Shown here: positions 50,560 to 63,560 of the stretch, in pieces | How the letters are laid out: each line of letters begins with the position of its first letter | Position numbering within the stretch: position 1 is the first letter of the stretch | Assembly: GCF_035594765.1 (NCBI RefSeq) | Contig: NC_085844.1 | Span: forward strand, 144,600,107-144,664,106 | From: Anolis carolinensis | Lineage: Eukaryota | DNA: 64,000 nt | Direction: 5' to 3' | Notes under the pieces: generated by a model | What the model saw: only the letters and a program-made list of their open reading frames with translations | Told to the model about the DNA's origin: nothing | Databases searched by the model: none | Made by a program: the position numbers and the translations under genes

Positions 50560-50770
50560 ATTGTTGCTGTATGCCCTCAGGTTCTTTCTTACTCAAAAAA
50601 TATTTCCAACTTGATGATCCTAAGGTAATCATTTCATTGACTTAGGTTTGCCATTGCTTCCATCTGGGAGAGCATTACTTGTTCAAGGTCACCTCATGGA
50701 TTTCCATACCTAAGCAAGGATTCAAACCATGACCAAATAATGACATAGTCCAACACTCAAACCACTACAT
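50560..50770 (-). mobile_element. tRNA-derived SINE, diverged (family of 4205)
   Basis: GGTTTGCCATTGCTTCC..CAAGGTCACC..GGATTCAAACC..TAGTCCAACACTCAAACCACTACA. Confidence 0.65.
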
Positions 50771-52484
50771 CCAGACAACTGTCAGTCTTATTTGAGAATA
50801 TTCTCATTCAGTCAGATTTTATACACTGCTACTGTAAGACTGGCAGTGAATTTCTTCTGACACTCAAAGTCTTTCCCTTGATATCTGGGTACTGATGCTA
50901 TACTTCCTCTTCTCAGACTGTTCCTTTTGTTCTCCTTTTGAGAAGGACATGGCAGTTCAATTCAACAGAGATAATGTACAGTGTTTAGAGATTCTGAGTA
51001 AGGAGCAAAGACACCAATGGGTTAAGAATCAAACTAAAAGGATTTATTCTTAGAACTCCGTGTATCCCAGGAAAATTAACTCGAGAGATAATGTAATACT
51101 GAGCTAAACTAATTTCCCTTTTGGAAAAAAGCTAGGAGAGGAAAAAAGGCAGGAAGAGATGAGATAGAAAGATCACTAACAGTAGCAGTTTACATTATAG
51201 AGAGAACAGGAGAGATGGACAAGAGATTAAGTGACTTGGAGACACTGAAACTATTTAGTGTTACTACTATTCCTGTGAGATATTTTAAATTCTTTAGTTC
51301 TAGAAATTGTTGTGCTTCTTACAAAGTTGTGCTCAGATTGAAATCCAAGGAGGGAGTCTTATTTTATTGTTTCTGTGGTCCGCTGCCACCTGAGCTGCTG
51401 CTTCAGCATGGTGGAAAGTAAGATCTTCTGTTGGATAAAACAAGGATGGTTAAGATAATGGGGGTACCGCAATAGAATCTACTGGACTGGATCCAAATTG
51501 ACCATTTTATGAATAGAAGGGCTCCAGTTCACAGAAGGCTTTGGAATCCAACATGAGATGAAAGCATTGGGGTGGACATTTTCACAGCTCCTTCTTTACC
51601 CAGCATCCCCTTGCCTCACACTCTGCTTTTGACCTTCTGGGGCAGCTTCTATTGATCAGAGCAGTGAGCTGAGTTTGCCAATTTTAGGAATAAGCTCTCC
51701 CAACACTAACTCTCTGCAAGATCTTATAGGTGAAAGATTTTAAAAATGGACAATTAACCAAAGAAGCTACAAAAAATAAAAAAATCAGGTCAAGGACATG
51801 CTAATTTTGAAGCAAAATCAATGTTTTTATGAAGAAGACAGGAAAAGTAGCAGTAGAAACCCAACTGAAAAGTATGTTCAATACAAACTATTTATCAAAG
51901 GGAAAAGAGGGGAATGACAGCATGGTGCTAAAAAAATTACTCCTGACCAATTTAAGGAGACCAGAGGGCTGCAGCTAAGCTTAAAAGGGACTGCAAATTA
52001 AGGTATACGGTATATGGATTTTATCACCCTCTGATGTGAAGAAGAGTCCAGATGAGTTAAATGGATTAAGACTTAGAAACAACACTACCAATTGAGAAGA
52101 CGGAGAAGCAGGTTTTTGACCATGTGGATGATTCAAAATGAAGATCCTTTAAAGAGCTTTTCATACACACCTTTTTTGGGGACGGACAGTTTTTGTATTC
52201 TCTCTCTCTCTCTGTTGACCCTTCAGAGTATCTATATTTCTTTGGGAATTATTTGGAGCCCCTCTCTCTGTGCATCCTTTGAAGACTTGCTATGTGTCTC
52301 TGGGGACTCTTTGGAGACGTTCCCTTACTTTCCCCCTTTGTCTATATGCAACCCACTCCTAACTTGGGAGTTGATACTTGGAGTGAAGGAGACACCCCTG
52401 GGTGAGGCAAAACATGACCTTAATGTTATTTAGTTTTGAAGGAAAATTTCAATTTGAATATTAAAATGTGGTTTGACTTTCCCA

Positions 52485-54390
52485 ACAACAACAGCAACAA
52501 CAAAACTTTATTTGTATACAGAGGTGGTTCAACCACCAGGCCAACTAGGCATTTGCCTGTGGCACCATCTTGTTAGGGGCACCATTGAGGCAACTCCTGT
52601 CTCCTGCGGCCTGCCTCCGCCACCCGCCTCCCTGCGCAAGGAAGGAGCCAAGGTTGCTGCTTTGGGGAGCAGAGAAGCGGCGCCAGGAAGGCGTTCATGA
52701 CTTGGCAGAGCAGAGAATCCGCCGAACGCCTTCCTGGCAAGACCTTCCTGATGTTCGGCGGTTTGGGGAGCAGAGAAGCGGCCAATGCCTTCGTTCTCAC
52801 CAGGAAGGAGTTCGGGGCTTTGGGAAGCAGAGAAGCTGTGCTTCTCTGTTCCCCAAATCACCGAACGCCTTCCTGGCGAGGCCTTCCTGGTGAAGCCTCA
52901 CCAGGAAGGCCTCGCCAGGAAGGTGTTTGGGGCTCCTGGTGCCCGCGCTGGGCCTCCCGGTGCCCGCACTGGGCCTGCCTTTGGGGCCTTCAGAGATTGT
53001 GAGGTAAGTGGGGTTTATATATCTGTAAAAGGTTCAGGGTGGGAGAAAGAACTCTAATTAATCACCTTGATTAGCATTTAATGACCCTGTGGCTTCAAGG
53101 CCTGGTTTCTTCTTGCCTGGGAGAATCTTGTTTTGGGAGGTGTTAGCTATCCCTGATTGTTTACTGTCTGGATTTCTCCTGTTTGCAGAGTGTTGTTCTT
53201 TATTTATGGTCCTGATTTTAGAGGTTTTTTTTTTAATACCGGGGGCTATCTGTGTTATCTAACTGCCCTATATCCCTATTCAATGTTTGGTGCTAAATTC
53301 GCAAATATAGTAATTCCTACATAACATTACAGAACTGCTTTTTCTGTTGATTTGTTGTAAAACATGATGTTTTGGTGCTTGATTTGTAAAATCTTAATGT
53401 AATTTGATGTTTAATAGGCTTTTCCTTAATCCCTCATTATCCAACATTTTCACTTATCCAACTTTTTTTATTTTTCAGTGATTGGTTTTGGGGGGGGGGT
53501 GCCAAAATTCTGTTCGCCTACACTTGAAAAATACCTAGGGCTGGCTCTGTTTGTATCCCACTCTATCTCCCTGGAAGGGACTCAGGTGGTTTCCAACATG
53601 GCAGGCATTCAATATCAATACAAAAGAACATATAACAACAACATAGTAAAAAACATAAGCATAACTCATTAAAATTAAAACCAATTCAAACCATACCAAT
53701 GGTCAGAATACCAGGGTGGGACTAGACAGTCATAAAGGCTGGGCCAGGGCTAATGCAACAAGGTAGCATAGCACCAGGGGATAAATAAAGTGCAGCCTGA
53801 TAGGGCCTGGGTTGCTCGATCTCAAAGCCTGCTAAGCAGCTATAGATGACAAGGCTAGCACAATGAGTTATCGTAGGGCCAGGGAAGTGGGTAAAGTGAA
53901 GGCCAGAGTAGGGTCTGGGATTAATCATTTTCAAAGACCTATTGGAACCACCAGGTTTTCAGGTCCCTGCAGAAGGCGGATAGTGATGGGGCTTGTCTTA
54001 TCTCTTTGGGAAGGGCATTCCAGAGGCAGGGGGCCACCACTGAGAAGGCCCTCTCCCTAGTCCCCACCAACCATATTTGGGATGGTGGTGGAAGTGAAAG
54101 ATGGGCTTCGCCAGACGATCTAAGAGTCCGTGCTAGTACATAAGGGGAGATGTGAAGATAGGTGAGGCCCAAACCATTTAGGGTTTTATAGGTCATAACC
54201 TGCACCTTGAATTGGGCCCGGCAACTTATCGGCAACCAGTGGAGCTGCTTTAATAGGGGCGTTGTATGTACCTTATTACGTACCAAGATGGTTAGGGATC
54301 CAGGCTGACCCTGGTCTACTTGCCTTGCCATGCCTCTTACAATGTGTTCAAACTTTGGCAAAAGGCACCCTAACACAGCAACGTCTCCTT
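52485..54390 (-). mobile_element. L2 LINE 3' fragment (tail 52485-52518, body 53550-54390) interrupted by the composite element
   Basis: ORF HTTPLLKQLHWLPISCRAQFKVQVMTYKTLNGLG..GTRERAFSVVAPCLWNALPKEIRQAPSLSAFCRDLKTW is the L2 ORF2 C-terminus. Confidence 0.92.
52519..53549. mobile_element. Composite hAT-type element, copy B (complete, 1031 bp)
   Basis: Ends CAGAG...CTCTG; 8-bp TSD TTTGTATA (52511-52518) / TTTGTATC (53550-53557); carries a GC-rich repeat block, a Penelope piece (about 52990-53245), and Harbinger and mariner pieces. Confidence 0.85.
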
Positions 54391-56460
54391 GCAATTCAAA
54401 TTTATGAAGCATACCTCACAACACTATTGGGGGGGGGGGAGAAATCACAAAGATTGTCTCCTTAGCTCTTCCTCTAGTGCCAGGAAAATTGTACTGAGTG
54501 CTACTTTGCATCTAATACAATGCATTTTCACAGTGAAAAGGAACACAGCTGGAGAGAATCCAAACCATACCTTTTTTTCTACACTGCTTTCCTTTGGTTT
54601 GTTTAAAAACTCTTGTCTGAGGGCCAGGCTAAACTAAACTAGATATCAGATCTCCTGCTAAGATGTTCTTTGGGTAAAGGAACAGCAGGAAAGTAGCCAA
54701 TTTGGGTTAGGGCTACTGCACAGGTGGATGCAGGATTGGATTTTTCTTTCCTTTGCCATTTTCTTGACCTCAAAAATACCTATCTTTTTACTTCTCAAAG
54801 TGCTTGACTTTGTCTAAGCCATTTTTACAACTTTGGAAGGCCAATTAGTGCCCTTGGTAGCATTTCCCCTACAGAAGGAAAGCTTAATAAACTCATTCTG
54901 AAAAATGTAAAAAAAGTATGTCTTGAAGGAGCAAAATTAATCTACCATATTTTGAGTGATATTAATTAAAAAGAAGGAAAGGCTTACATGGCTTCTACCT
55001 TATTTAGTATTTCATTTATTTTTCTACTGAAGAGCATAAAGCTTGGGGAGTCGCCTCTTTCAAAATGAAGATTCTCTTGGCACTGTGATACATGCTGTTC
55101 TATCCATTGTGAAGTGGGCTTTGCCATCAGAAGAGGCAGGCAAAGTAGGTAAGTTTTCCCTGTTGCAGGCTTTTTATGGCACTGTTAATATCTGCTTTCT
55201 ACTGAAAAGTGCACTATAGAGGAAATAAATGTGTAATTATATTTCCAAGGCAACCTACTTGTAGGTAAATTTACTGCATGCAATATAAATCAGATGGAGC
55301 ATTTTAACAAGCAATTTGGTTATCAGCTTGTGGCTAAAACAGATAAACAAATGTTAATGGATCTTCAGAGTTTTTATTTTAATCGGAAGGATCTGGATGT
55401 GAAAGATGGATGGGTGCATCTTATCTTGAGCTATGGTTAAAGATTACTGGATCTGCCAATGGTATATTCAAATGAGTATTGAAGACAAGGTTCCTAAAAT
55501 TAAGGATCTCATTGTCTGCCAGTCTTTACATTGCTGTTGTTCTCCAACTCCTAAATTCTTGTCCCTTCTGGGAAATGTGGAATCAGAGGAGTAAAAATCA
55601 GGGACAAAGCCCTGAAATAGAGATCTGGGTGCTCCTGGAGGCCACAGAACAACCTTTGGGAACTACATGTAGGCTACATGTTACTCTTAACCCCCTCCCC
55701 ACTGCCACTACCAACAGCCTATGCACCGGTTTCTCTGCTCCACCCCCATTTTTGTTGCATTTGGTTGCATGAATGTTTTCTTCATGTACTGAAATGTATC
55801 CACTTCTAATTCATTTCTCTTGATCTGCCTATTTGACTTTACATAACTTCTCTTCATTCACTATGTTTCTTTGTATCTTTTCCTCAGTCATTTTAGCCTC
55901 AGAATTTTAGCCATTCTCATTTGAAATTATGCACATCACTTCTGCATATATTTTGTTTTTTTTAACATTCCCTGTAAGCTTTTCAAATGTGTGAATGCTC
56001 AAGGCAGGGTGTGCATTTTCATGCAACACATCTTGGGAGGTGTGAAGATGCTACTTTCACTGAGACTATTGAACACAACAAAGTTATTTTCCATCCTAAG
56101 TATTGAAGAGGCATAGGGAAGCTAAATTTCTCACTTCGTGGTGACATTGCTTTCATTATTTTATTCATATAGCCTTCTGAGGTATTCAGGATAGATCCCC
56201 AGAGACACACACAGTTGAATCATGACACTTTCTCCATCTAGTAAGAATATATGTAGGATTTCCACTTCCTTTTATGTGATTTATAGCAGGCTAGTAACAA
56301 CAGGAATTATCTTCATAACAGAATGTTTCCATATTTAAAAAGAAACTCTGATGGCCTATTGAGTTTTGTTTTGTTAAAATACAAATATTCCTTTGGTTGA
56401 ATGGTTCCTTCAGTAGTGTCTGGTGGCATCCATGTAGCAGCATAGTGATCCACTCTAAGC

Positions 56461-56530
56461 TTTATTTATTTATTTACAATATTTATACCCCACCCTTCTC
56501 ACCCAAGGGGACTTCGGACTTCATTGCACA
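56461..56530 (-). mobile_element. L2/SINE2 tail fragment
   Basis: (TTTA)n CAATATTTATACCCCACCCTTCTCACCCAAGGGGACT. Confidence 0.7.
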
Positions 56531-56997
56531 GAGGTGGTAAAACAATACAGAAGCAGTACCATTTGGTGATGCCATGCACAACCCATTGCCAGTGTGTCAC
56601 CTCCCTGCAACAAAATCATGTCTTACTATGGATGAGCAAAACATGCAACCATTTACCTGATGTGATGATTCCTTGGTACTTCTGTGTTGGCATATTAACA
56701 CAAAAGTGACTTCTGGGATTGTAATTGTCCAACTCTCTACCTCTTCTCTCACAGCATTACATTTTTTTTAGTACACTGAAATTGCAAAGCTGTTTTGATG
56801 AAATAAGTAAAAACAAAAAAATCCAGAGTGATAGAACTGCAGTTGGAAGAAATTGTACACATGACTGGAAGTGTGGCTATGGGGTGATGATCACCAAAGC
56901 ACTGCAGTTATTTCAGGTGTGATAGAGACAGTTATCATGCCAATAAGTTGCCTCTATCCATGATTGGGCGAATGGCATGGGATAGCCATATCAAGTG

Positions 56998-57267
56998 GTT
57001 TTTTTTTTCCGTGTCAGGAGCAATCAGAGTTGCTTCTGGAGTGAGAGAATTGGTAGTCTGCTAGGACGTTGCCCAGGGGAAGCCCAAATGTTTTGATGTT
57101 TTACCATCCTTGTGGGAGGCTTCTCTTATGTCCCCGCATGGAGCTGGAGCTGATAGAGGGAGCTCATCCACACTCTACCCGGGTGGGATTCAAACCTGGC
57201 AGCTTTCAGGTCAGCAACCCAACCTTCAAGTCAAGAGGCTTTTATCCCCTAGGCCGCCGGAGGCTCC
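56998..57267 (-). mobile_element. SINE with Vingi-like tail, full length
   Basis: poly-T then CCGTGTCAGGAGC..GAGAGAATTGG..GTTGCCCAGGGGA, head ..GGAGGCTCC; TSD ATATCAAGTG (56988-56997) / ATATCATGTG (57268-57277). Confidence 0.85.
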
Positions 57268-57302
57268 ATATCATGTGTTAAAGCCCCAATTCAAATGTTG
57301 AA

Positions 57303-57361
57303 AATGCCATCCAAGGTGCTGAATCTCTTTGGTGATTTGGTTCAGCACCTTGGATTGGTCC
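57303..57361. promoter_or_regulatory. Inverted pair of RE1/NRSE-like motifs
   Basis: ATCCAAGGTGCTGAA (57309-57323) and TTCAGCACCTTGGAT (57341-57355); the left half-site TTCAGCACC is perfect, the right half is imperfect. Confidence 0.35.
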
Positions 57362-58664
57362 TCTGGGATAAAAGCCATCTGTGATCTCATTGAATCCTTT
57401 TTCCTCTTGTAGTCTCCTCTCCAGGTCCAAAGGGTGCAAAGGTGGCTTTCTTGGAATGACGTGAAGACTCAGAGTGCTACAGGAGGGTGAAGGAAAAAAG
57501 AGTCAATAAGGAAGATACCGTCCTTCCCTGCCATTTTTGCTGAATTTGCCCTTTCAATTAATGGTAGTCATCCTTGTCTTTGTGGAATGTCCACTCTAGA
57601 ACCACCACCACCACCCCATTACAACTGAATGTAGCTGTTTATATTAAAACTTCTTATTCTTTGCCTGCCAATGCTATATCTTGTTGTTACAGTATTTTTA
57701 TGTAGAGTATTTTGCATTGTTCCTTGTAGTTCCCTTGAGATGTCTGTGTATATTGTGTGTATAAGGCAACCTATATATGGACTCCCATTCATCATCAAGA
57801 CATCCCTGAGATGTAACTATAATCGGTTTAATTAAAACTAATGATCATCTACTATTGTAGAATAGGTGCCCCAGATGCTTTGTGCCATATGGTGTGCCCA
57901 CAATGAGAAGTGTCTTAAAAATTAAAATGGGGGGACATATGGCCAAGTAATATAGATTGTTTGTGGATTAATCCAGGGTGATTATAAGAAATCAGGGGAA
58001 CATATAGTGACTGATATGGGGAAGGGGAAAAGACAAAATTTGTTTTGTTCCTCGCCTTCTCATTATTTTCTTATTTTCTGTTGGCATGGTATTTGGAGTC
58101 CATATAGCAAGCTAAGCACTTTGTATAGCATTAATTTTGATAATCTGACAGGATCTTAAAACAAAAACATGACAGAGTGGCGGAATTGCAGAAGAGAGTA
58201 TTTTTATTTATATAACCACTTTGACAGAAGGTCACATCAACCTTTCAAAACATAGTAGATCTTGAAAGGACTGCAAATTTGATGAAATATTTGCATTCTT
58301 CATATTAAATAAGTCTAATGCTTTTAATCCAAGCCCACTCCAAGTGTCCACATTTTAATGCTTTATACAACTTGTAGCTCCAACCCAGAAATGTATGCAA
58401 TGAAAGGTTACACACAAAGAAGTGCTGCCATAGCCCAACCTGGATGCGGACCAGGAAGGTTTAGAAGATTAAAGTTCAAAACAGAATAAGACACTTTCAA
58501 GCTCCCAAACTTGGCTAATAGAATAACAAGTTGTAATGGTAAGCAAACTACATTCCTAGAGTCAACTGTGTCTAACATTTCTAAGCTTCAGTTGTAAAGG
58601 AATGGAAGGTGTCTAGAACTTGACTTCTAGAACAAGCCAGAGCAGAGTGAGGAAAGATTTAGGG

Positions 58665-58787
58665 CAATGGTTCTCAACCTGTGGGTCCCCAGAAGTTTTG
58701 GCCTTCAACTTCCAGAAATCCCAACAGCTGGTAAACTGGCTGGGATTTCTGGGAGTTGTAGGCCAAGACACAGGTTGAGAACCACTG
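58665..58787. mobile_element. hAT MITE
   Basis: CAATGGTTCTCAACCTGTG...CACAGGTTGAGAACCACTG; TSD ATTTAGGG / ATTTAGGA. Confidence 0.9.
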
Positions 58788-59377
58788 ATTTAGGAGCTCT
58801 TTTGTGTTTTAATGCAATGAGAGTAGTGCAGGGTAAAGCAACAAAGAAATACTGGGAGAAACAACTATTTAACCCCTGATTAGATCTTGGAAATACTTTG
58901 GTTTTCCTCAGATTTTGGTGTGCACATAAACTGGATTATCAAAGAATTCATAAACAAAACAGAAAAAAGTCTTAGAGGGCTTAGTCTTAAATGGAATGAG
59001 ATAATAGTCTACAGTAATGAAATTCTGAAATGTCCCCTAGTACCCTGCTGGTGTGTGTGTGGTAGTGGTAGGGAATTATACTTGTGAATGTTCGCCCACA
59101 GAAGAAACAAGCTCTGCCTGCATGCAGTTCTTAGCACATAGAAAATTAGCTATTAAAGTATTCTTCATCATGCTAGTGTTGTATGAGCATTATAAAACCC
59201 AAAAACTCTATAGGATGACAATTCTGCCAGCTTCCTTTAGCCCAGGCTTTTTTGCCAGATACAACTCCCAGTCTTTTGACTTTTGGGCATGATGGCTGGT
59301 GCTGAGAGGAATTAAAACATCTGGAGGGCATTGGGATGAGGAAGGGTAACCTATTCTATTGATTTGGGAAAAAAATA

Positions 59378-59556
59378 ACTTGTTGTGGAAACAAAGATTA
59401 GTGTTAAAGCTTCAGTTGAGACACCTTTTCCGCATGATAACTCTTCCAGGAGTGAATTCCCATTTTAAGGGCAGAGTTCTTTCATCACCTGCTGTCTTGC
59501 TCCCATTCTGAACTATGAGTCGTATGTAAGTCGGTTTGTAACTCGGGGACTACCTG
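59378..59556. mobile_element. 3' half of a Tigger-like element (family of 9552)
   Basis: GTGGAAACAAAGATT..AACTATGAGTCG..TAACTCGGGGACTACCTG-TA. Confidence 0.8.
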
Positions 59557-59939
59557 TAGTTAAATCTATCTGTGCCTTCCCTTTCCTTTCAAAACAATAT
59601 TATGCCGAAGTCCAATGTATTGATATTCTTTTTGGTTGGATGCATGTGGCATCTCTGAGTAAAATGTCATTCACAAGTCTCTAGCATTTTGAGACATCAT
59701 GCATAGTTTCACAAATACAGAAATGCAAACAAGAGTGAATCCTTTACAAACCTTTCTTTTGGGTAAATAGTTTATTATAGTTATGGTATATAACAGAACA
59801 ACAAATCATAGCAGATATAGTCAGATAACAATAATTTTGATGTATACATGCATATCTAAGTTAGTCAATCAACCAGTTAATTTTGACATCAAGTGCATAT
59901 TATTATCAGTAACTTAACTTAAATCATATAGTCTTGCTA

Positions 59940-61250
59940 TTTCTAAATGTTATCCACTATTTTCATTCTAAGCTTTCTACTCATTAATTTTTTAAAAAAA
60001 TATGAGTTCACTATAACATTCAAACAACAACACACAAGGTATTACACACGACAGACCATACAAGCACCCAAAACCTCTATCCCACACAAAATAAAATCTC
60101 TTCCCCACACCTTTGCACCCTTCACCATGACTTCTGACGCTGAAGCAGTATGAAGCCTTTAAGCCAATTTATCTATCCTTGTTCATAGTAATCCTAAATT
60201 CCTAATGGAGCTCCTCTATGTTACTGACTCTATTCAGATATGCCATGGCCAACATCCATTTTTCTTAAAAGTCCTCATTACTTTTGTTCATGCTATTATT
60301 GGTTAGTTAACCCAATAGCATATATTCCTGCATTCTTTCCCTCCAATCCTTTTTAGTTAAACTTTTTCTCCTTTTCAGTCTTTGGCTTTGGTCAATCTTG
60401 CCACAGCAAAGCTATATTGATATATTTCTTGGTCCTTTTGATTATTGTTTTTTCTATGTAAACCTAATAGACACAACCTGGGCTTTTAAAAATCTTATTA
60501 TGTAGCATTTTATTTGTCTCCTTAATTGCCTTACCCCGAAATGCCTGTATGGTCACAAAGGTCCACCATATATGGAAGAATGTCCCTTTCTGTTTCCTAC
60601 ACCTCTAGCAAATACCTTGTTGTGATTTGTCATTTTTTACCAATATTGCTGGGGTGTTATAGCATCTATAAAACATTTTATATTGATTCTCCCTAACTGA
60701 TCCAGAAAGCATATATTTGAATTCTTTGTTCCATAGGTATTCACAGTTATTCAATTCTATTGGTCTACCTAGGCCCTTGGCCCAGGATAACATTACTGTC
60801 TTGACTCTCTTGAATCTTAATTTATATCCTTCCAAATCTAATAGGGTTGTCTAATTTTATCCATTCTTTCAGCCAGGACAGTGCTGCAGCCTCATAATAG
60901 GTCCTTAGATCGGGCAAGCTTAGCCCTCCTCTTCCTTTATCATCAGTTAAATTTCAGTATGCTATCCTCGCTCTTTTTCCTGTCCAAATAAAATTAGCAA
61001 TCTCTCTTTCCATTTCTCAATTTTTTATTCCTTTAATAATGGGTATATTTTGAAACAGGAATAGCATTTTTTGGAGTACCATCATCTTTATTACTGCAAT
61101 TCTGCCCATCCATGTTAGTGGAATTATTTACAAACTTTCCTGAAAACATATTATGGCACTTATTATTATTAATGTGCAACAGAAGCATGAGGAAAGAGAG
61201 CTTTAACTCTATGATCTCTTCCACTATTTTATATTGCTTCTTTAAGAGCC
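59940..61250 (-). mobile_element. Decayed L1 ORF2 3' region and UTR
   Basis: Peptide VRENQYKMFYRCYNTPAIL..GIC*RCRKQKGTFFHIWWT is the L1 Cys-rich C-terminal knuckle; boundaries approximate. Confidence 0.8.
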
Positions 61251-62141
61251 AAACTAAAAGGCCTCAGTACTAGAAGGTCATAGTAGCTTTCAGGATTTTC
61301 TTCTACAAAAGCTAGGAGAATCTATCCAGACCTGGGTTGCCTCCTCAGAGGCCAGGACAGTCCTGTGTCTAGCCTGTTAAGTTCTGTGTTTGTTAAAGTG
61401 AGACATTATTCTGTATTCCAGGAGATACTGAATAAATGACTGTTAGCAAACAGATACCTAGGCAAAGCTGTTTCTCATCTTCAAAATCCAGGTGTCTCTG
61501 TGGAGCCAACAAATACTGAATGTTGTCCCATTTTATCCTCACAACAACTCAGGAAGATAAAAAAGGCTGCAAAAGAAAGGGCTTTGATTCCAGGTTTATT
61601 TTTATTTTTCAAAACCCAGCACACTTCTTCCCAACATACTGGGTCTCCTAGGAAAAGGAAAGTGGAGATGTTTGCAAGGCATTTAAGGAAGCAGAGGAGG
61701 GTCATTTTGTTCAATTTGGAGATATAAAATATGCTAGAGATGCAACATATCTTATGTTAAAAGCAAATTTAGAAACAGGGTTACAACGGATGTACCATGG
61801 AGTAGCAGTCTGAGCTGAAATTAATCACTGTTTCTGTGAACCTTTCTCCAGCATGACAAAATAATAATGCCTGTTCTCACTCCCATATTCCTCTCAAAAA
61901 CAATTTCCTATTTATTTAAATTTCTAACACTTGCCCTTAGTCTCAATTGCCCATATGCAAAACTGAGAAATAATGAGTCAAAATTACCTGTAATGAGACC
62001 ACTTTTGAAAAACATTTTTTGGCAATAAGGTCATAATGAAATTTCTTGACAAAACAATTGCAAAGAAGAGGAGCAAAGGTATTTTACTGTATTCACATAG
62101 ATCCTTATGTTAGTCCGAAATATCAGTATGCAAAAGAAATA

Positions 62142-62400
62142 ATAGAATCAGAGAATTGGAAGAGACCTCAAGTATCATCCAGTCCAACCCCTGCCATGCA
62201 GGAAAACACAATCAAAGCACTCTAAACAGATGGCCACAGATTCAGCCTTCAAAGAAGGAGAATCCACCCAATTCCAATGTAGCATATTCCACTGTCAAAC
62301 AGCTCTTACTGTCAGGAAATTTTTAATGTTTGAGTGGAATCTCCTTTCCTGCAACCTGAATACATTGCTCCATCTCATAGTCTCTAGAGTCGCAGAAAAT
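62142..62400 (-). mobile_element. CR1 3' fragment
   Basis: ATAGAATCAGAGAATTGGAAGAGACC..CAGTCCAACCCCTGCC..TTCCACTGTCAAACAGCTCTTACTGTCAGGAA. Confidence 0.88.
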
Positions 62401-62444
62401 ATAAAATCCCAGAGCTAGAAGAGAAGTTGGCAGCATAAGCTTTC

Positions 62445-62960
62445 ATAGACCGCATCTCCCCTGTGAACCAATTTGGGCCTTAAGGTTCTCTGGGGGGAGG
62501 GGGGCTTCTCACTGTCCCACCACCCTCACAAGCATGGTTGGTGGGAACGAGGGAAAGGGCCTTCTTGGTGGTGGCCCCATGGTTTTGGAATGCTCTCCCT
62601 AAAGAAATCAGACAGGCTCCCTCTCTAGCTACCTTTAGAAAAGAACTAAAAACCTGGACATGGAAGCAGGTTTTTGAAAATGGATAATTACTAATTGATA
62701 TGATGGTGGTCTTTTAGCTCTGTCAACTACCTATTGTTTTTTAAACTTGTTTTGCCTCTAGGGTGAAATATGTTTTTAAACCCAGTACAGTTTTTAAACT
62801 GTGTATTTATTGTGATATGTGCTTATGACTGTTGGTTATATATTATGTCGTGTATTTTGCTTTTGCTTATGTATGTGTTATGATTTAATTTTGTTGTAAG
62901 CTGCCCCAAGTCCTTTTGAAGAGGGGGCGGAATATAAATAAAATTTATTATTTATTATTA
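62445..62960 (+). mobile_element. L2 LINE 3' fragment
   Basis: WLVGTRERAFLVVAPWFWNALPKEIRQAPSLATFRKELKTW; tail TGTAAGCTGCCCCAAGTCC..GGCGGAATATAAATAAA. Confidence 0.9.
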
Positions 62961-63424
62961 TTAGACATTGAATGATTTAGATTTAAGCCTATGAAAGTTT
63001 AGTTTTCCACCTTCTTTCTTGTTATTCAAAGAAACCACAATATCTATTTGCATATTGGTTTACTGAGTAACACTTTTGAATAACTTTTTTGTGTATTTTG
63101 GAGGTAATTCAACAGGAATGTTTTGTGATGCTTTTATCATTCTAAAGGAGGGGTTCTCAAACTGTTCTCTGTGGAGCCCTTGAGGCTCTGCAGACGATAG
63201 TGTGGGACTCCGCAGCACCATGCTGCTTTCCACCTCCTACTCTTTCCTCCTCCTGAGAAAAGAAGGGAAATTAAAGTTTTGAGCTGCTGGAAACAACATC
63301 AGCAGCAGTAGCAGAAGCATCCTTTCTCCCACGTCTCCCTTGCTGCCCAGACTCTTTCCTCACAACCCAGGCCCTCCCCTCTCACTTTCTTTGCTTCCAA
63401 AATCCTCTTTCCCTCCCACCACTT

Positions 63425-63492
63425 GGGGTGCTTTGATTGTGTTTTTCTTGCATGGCAGAAGGAGGTTGAACTGGATGGCCTCTGGGGTTTTG

Positions 63493-63560
<68 letters not shown>

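Noticed and set aside
52473-53057. Cluster of overlapping ORFs suggesting a gene or CpG-island promoter
   Set aside because: Explained by GC-rich repeats inside a TSD-flanked transposon
53939-54412. 157-aa ORF as a cellular gene
   Set aside because: It is the L2 ORF2 C-terminus, also seen at about 44900 and 62500
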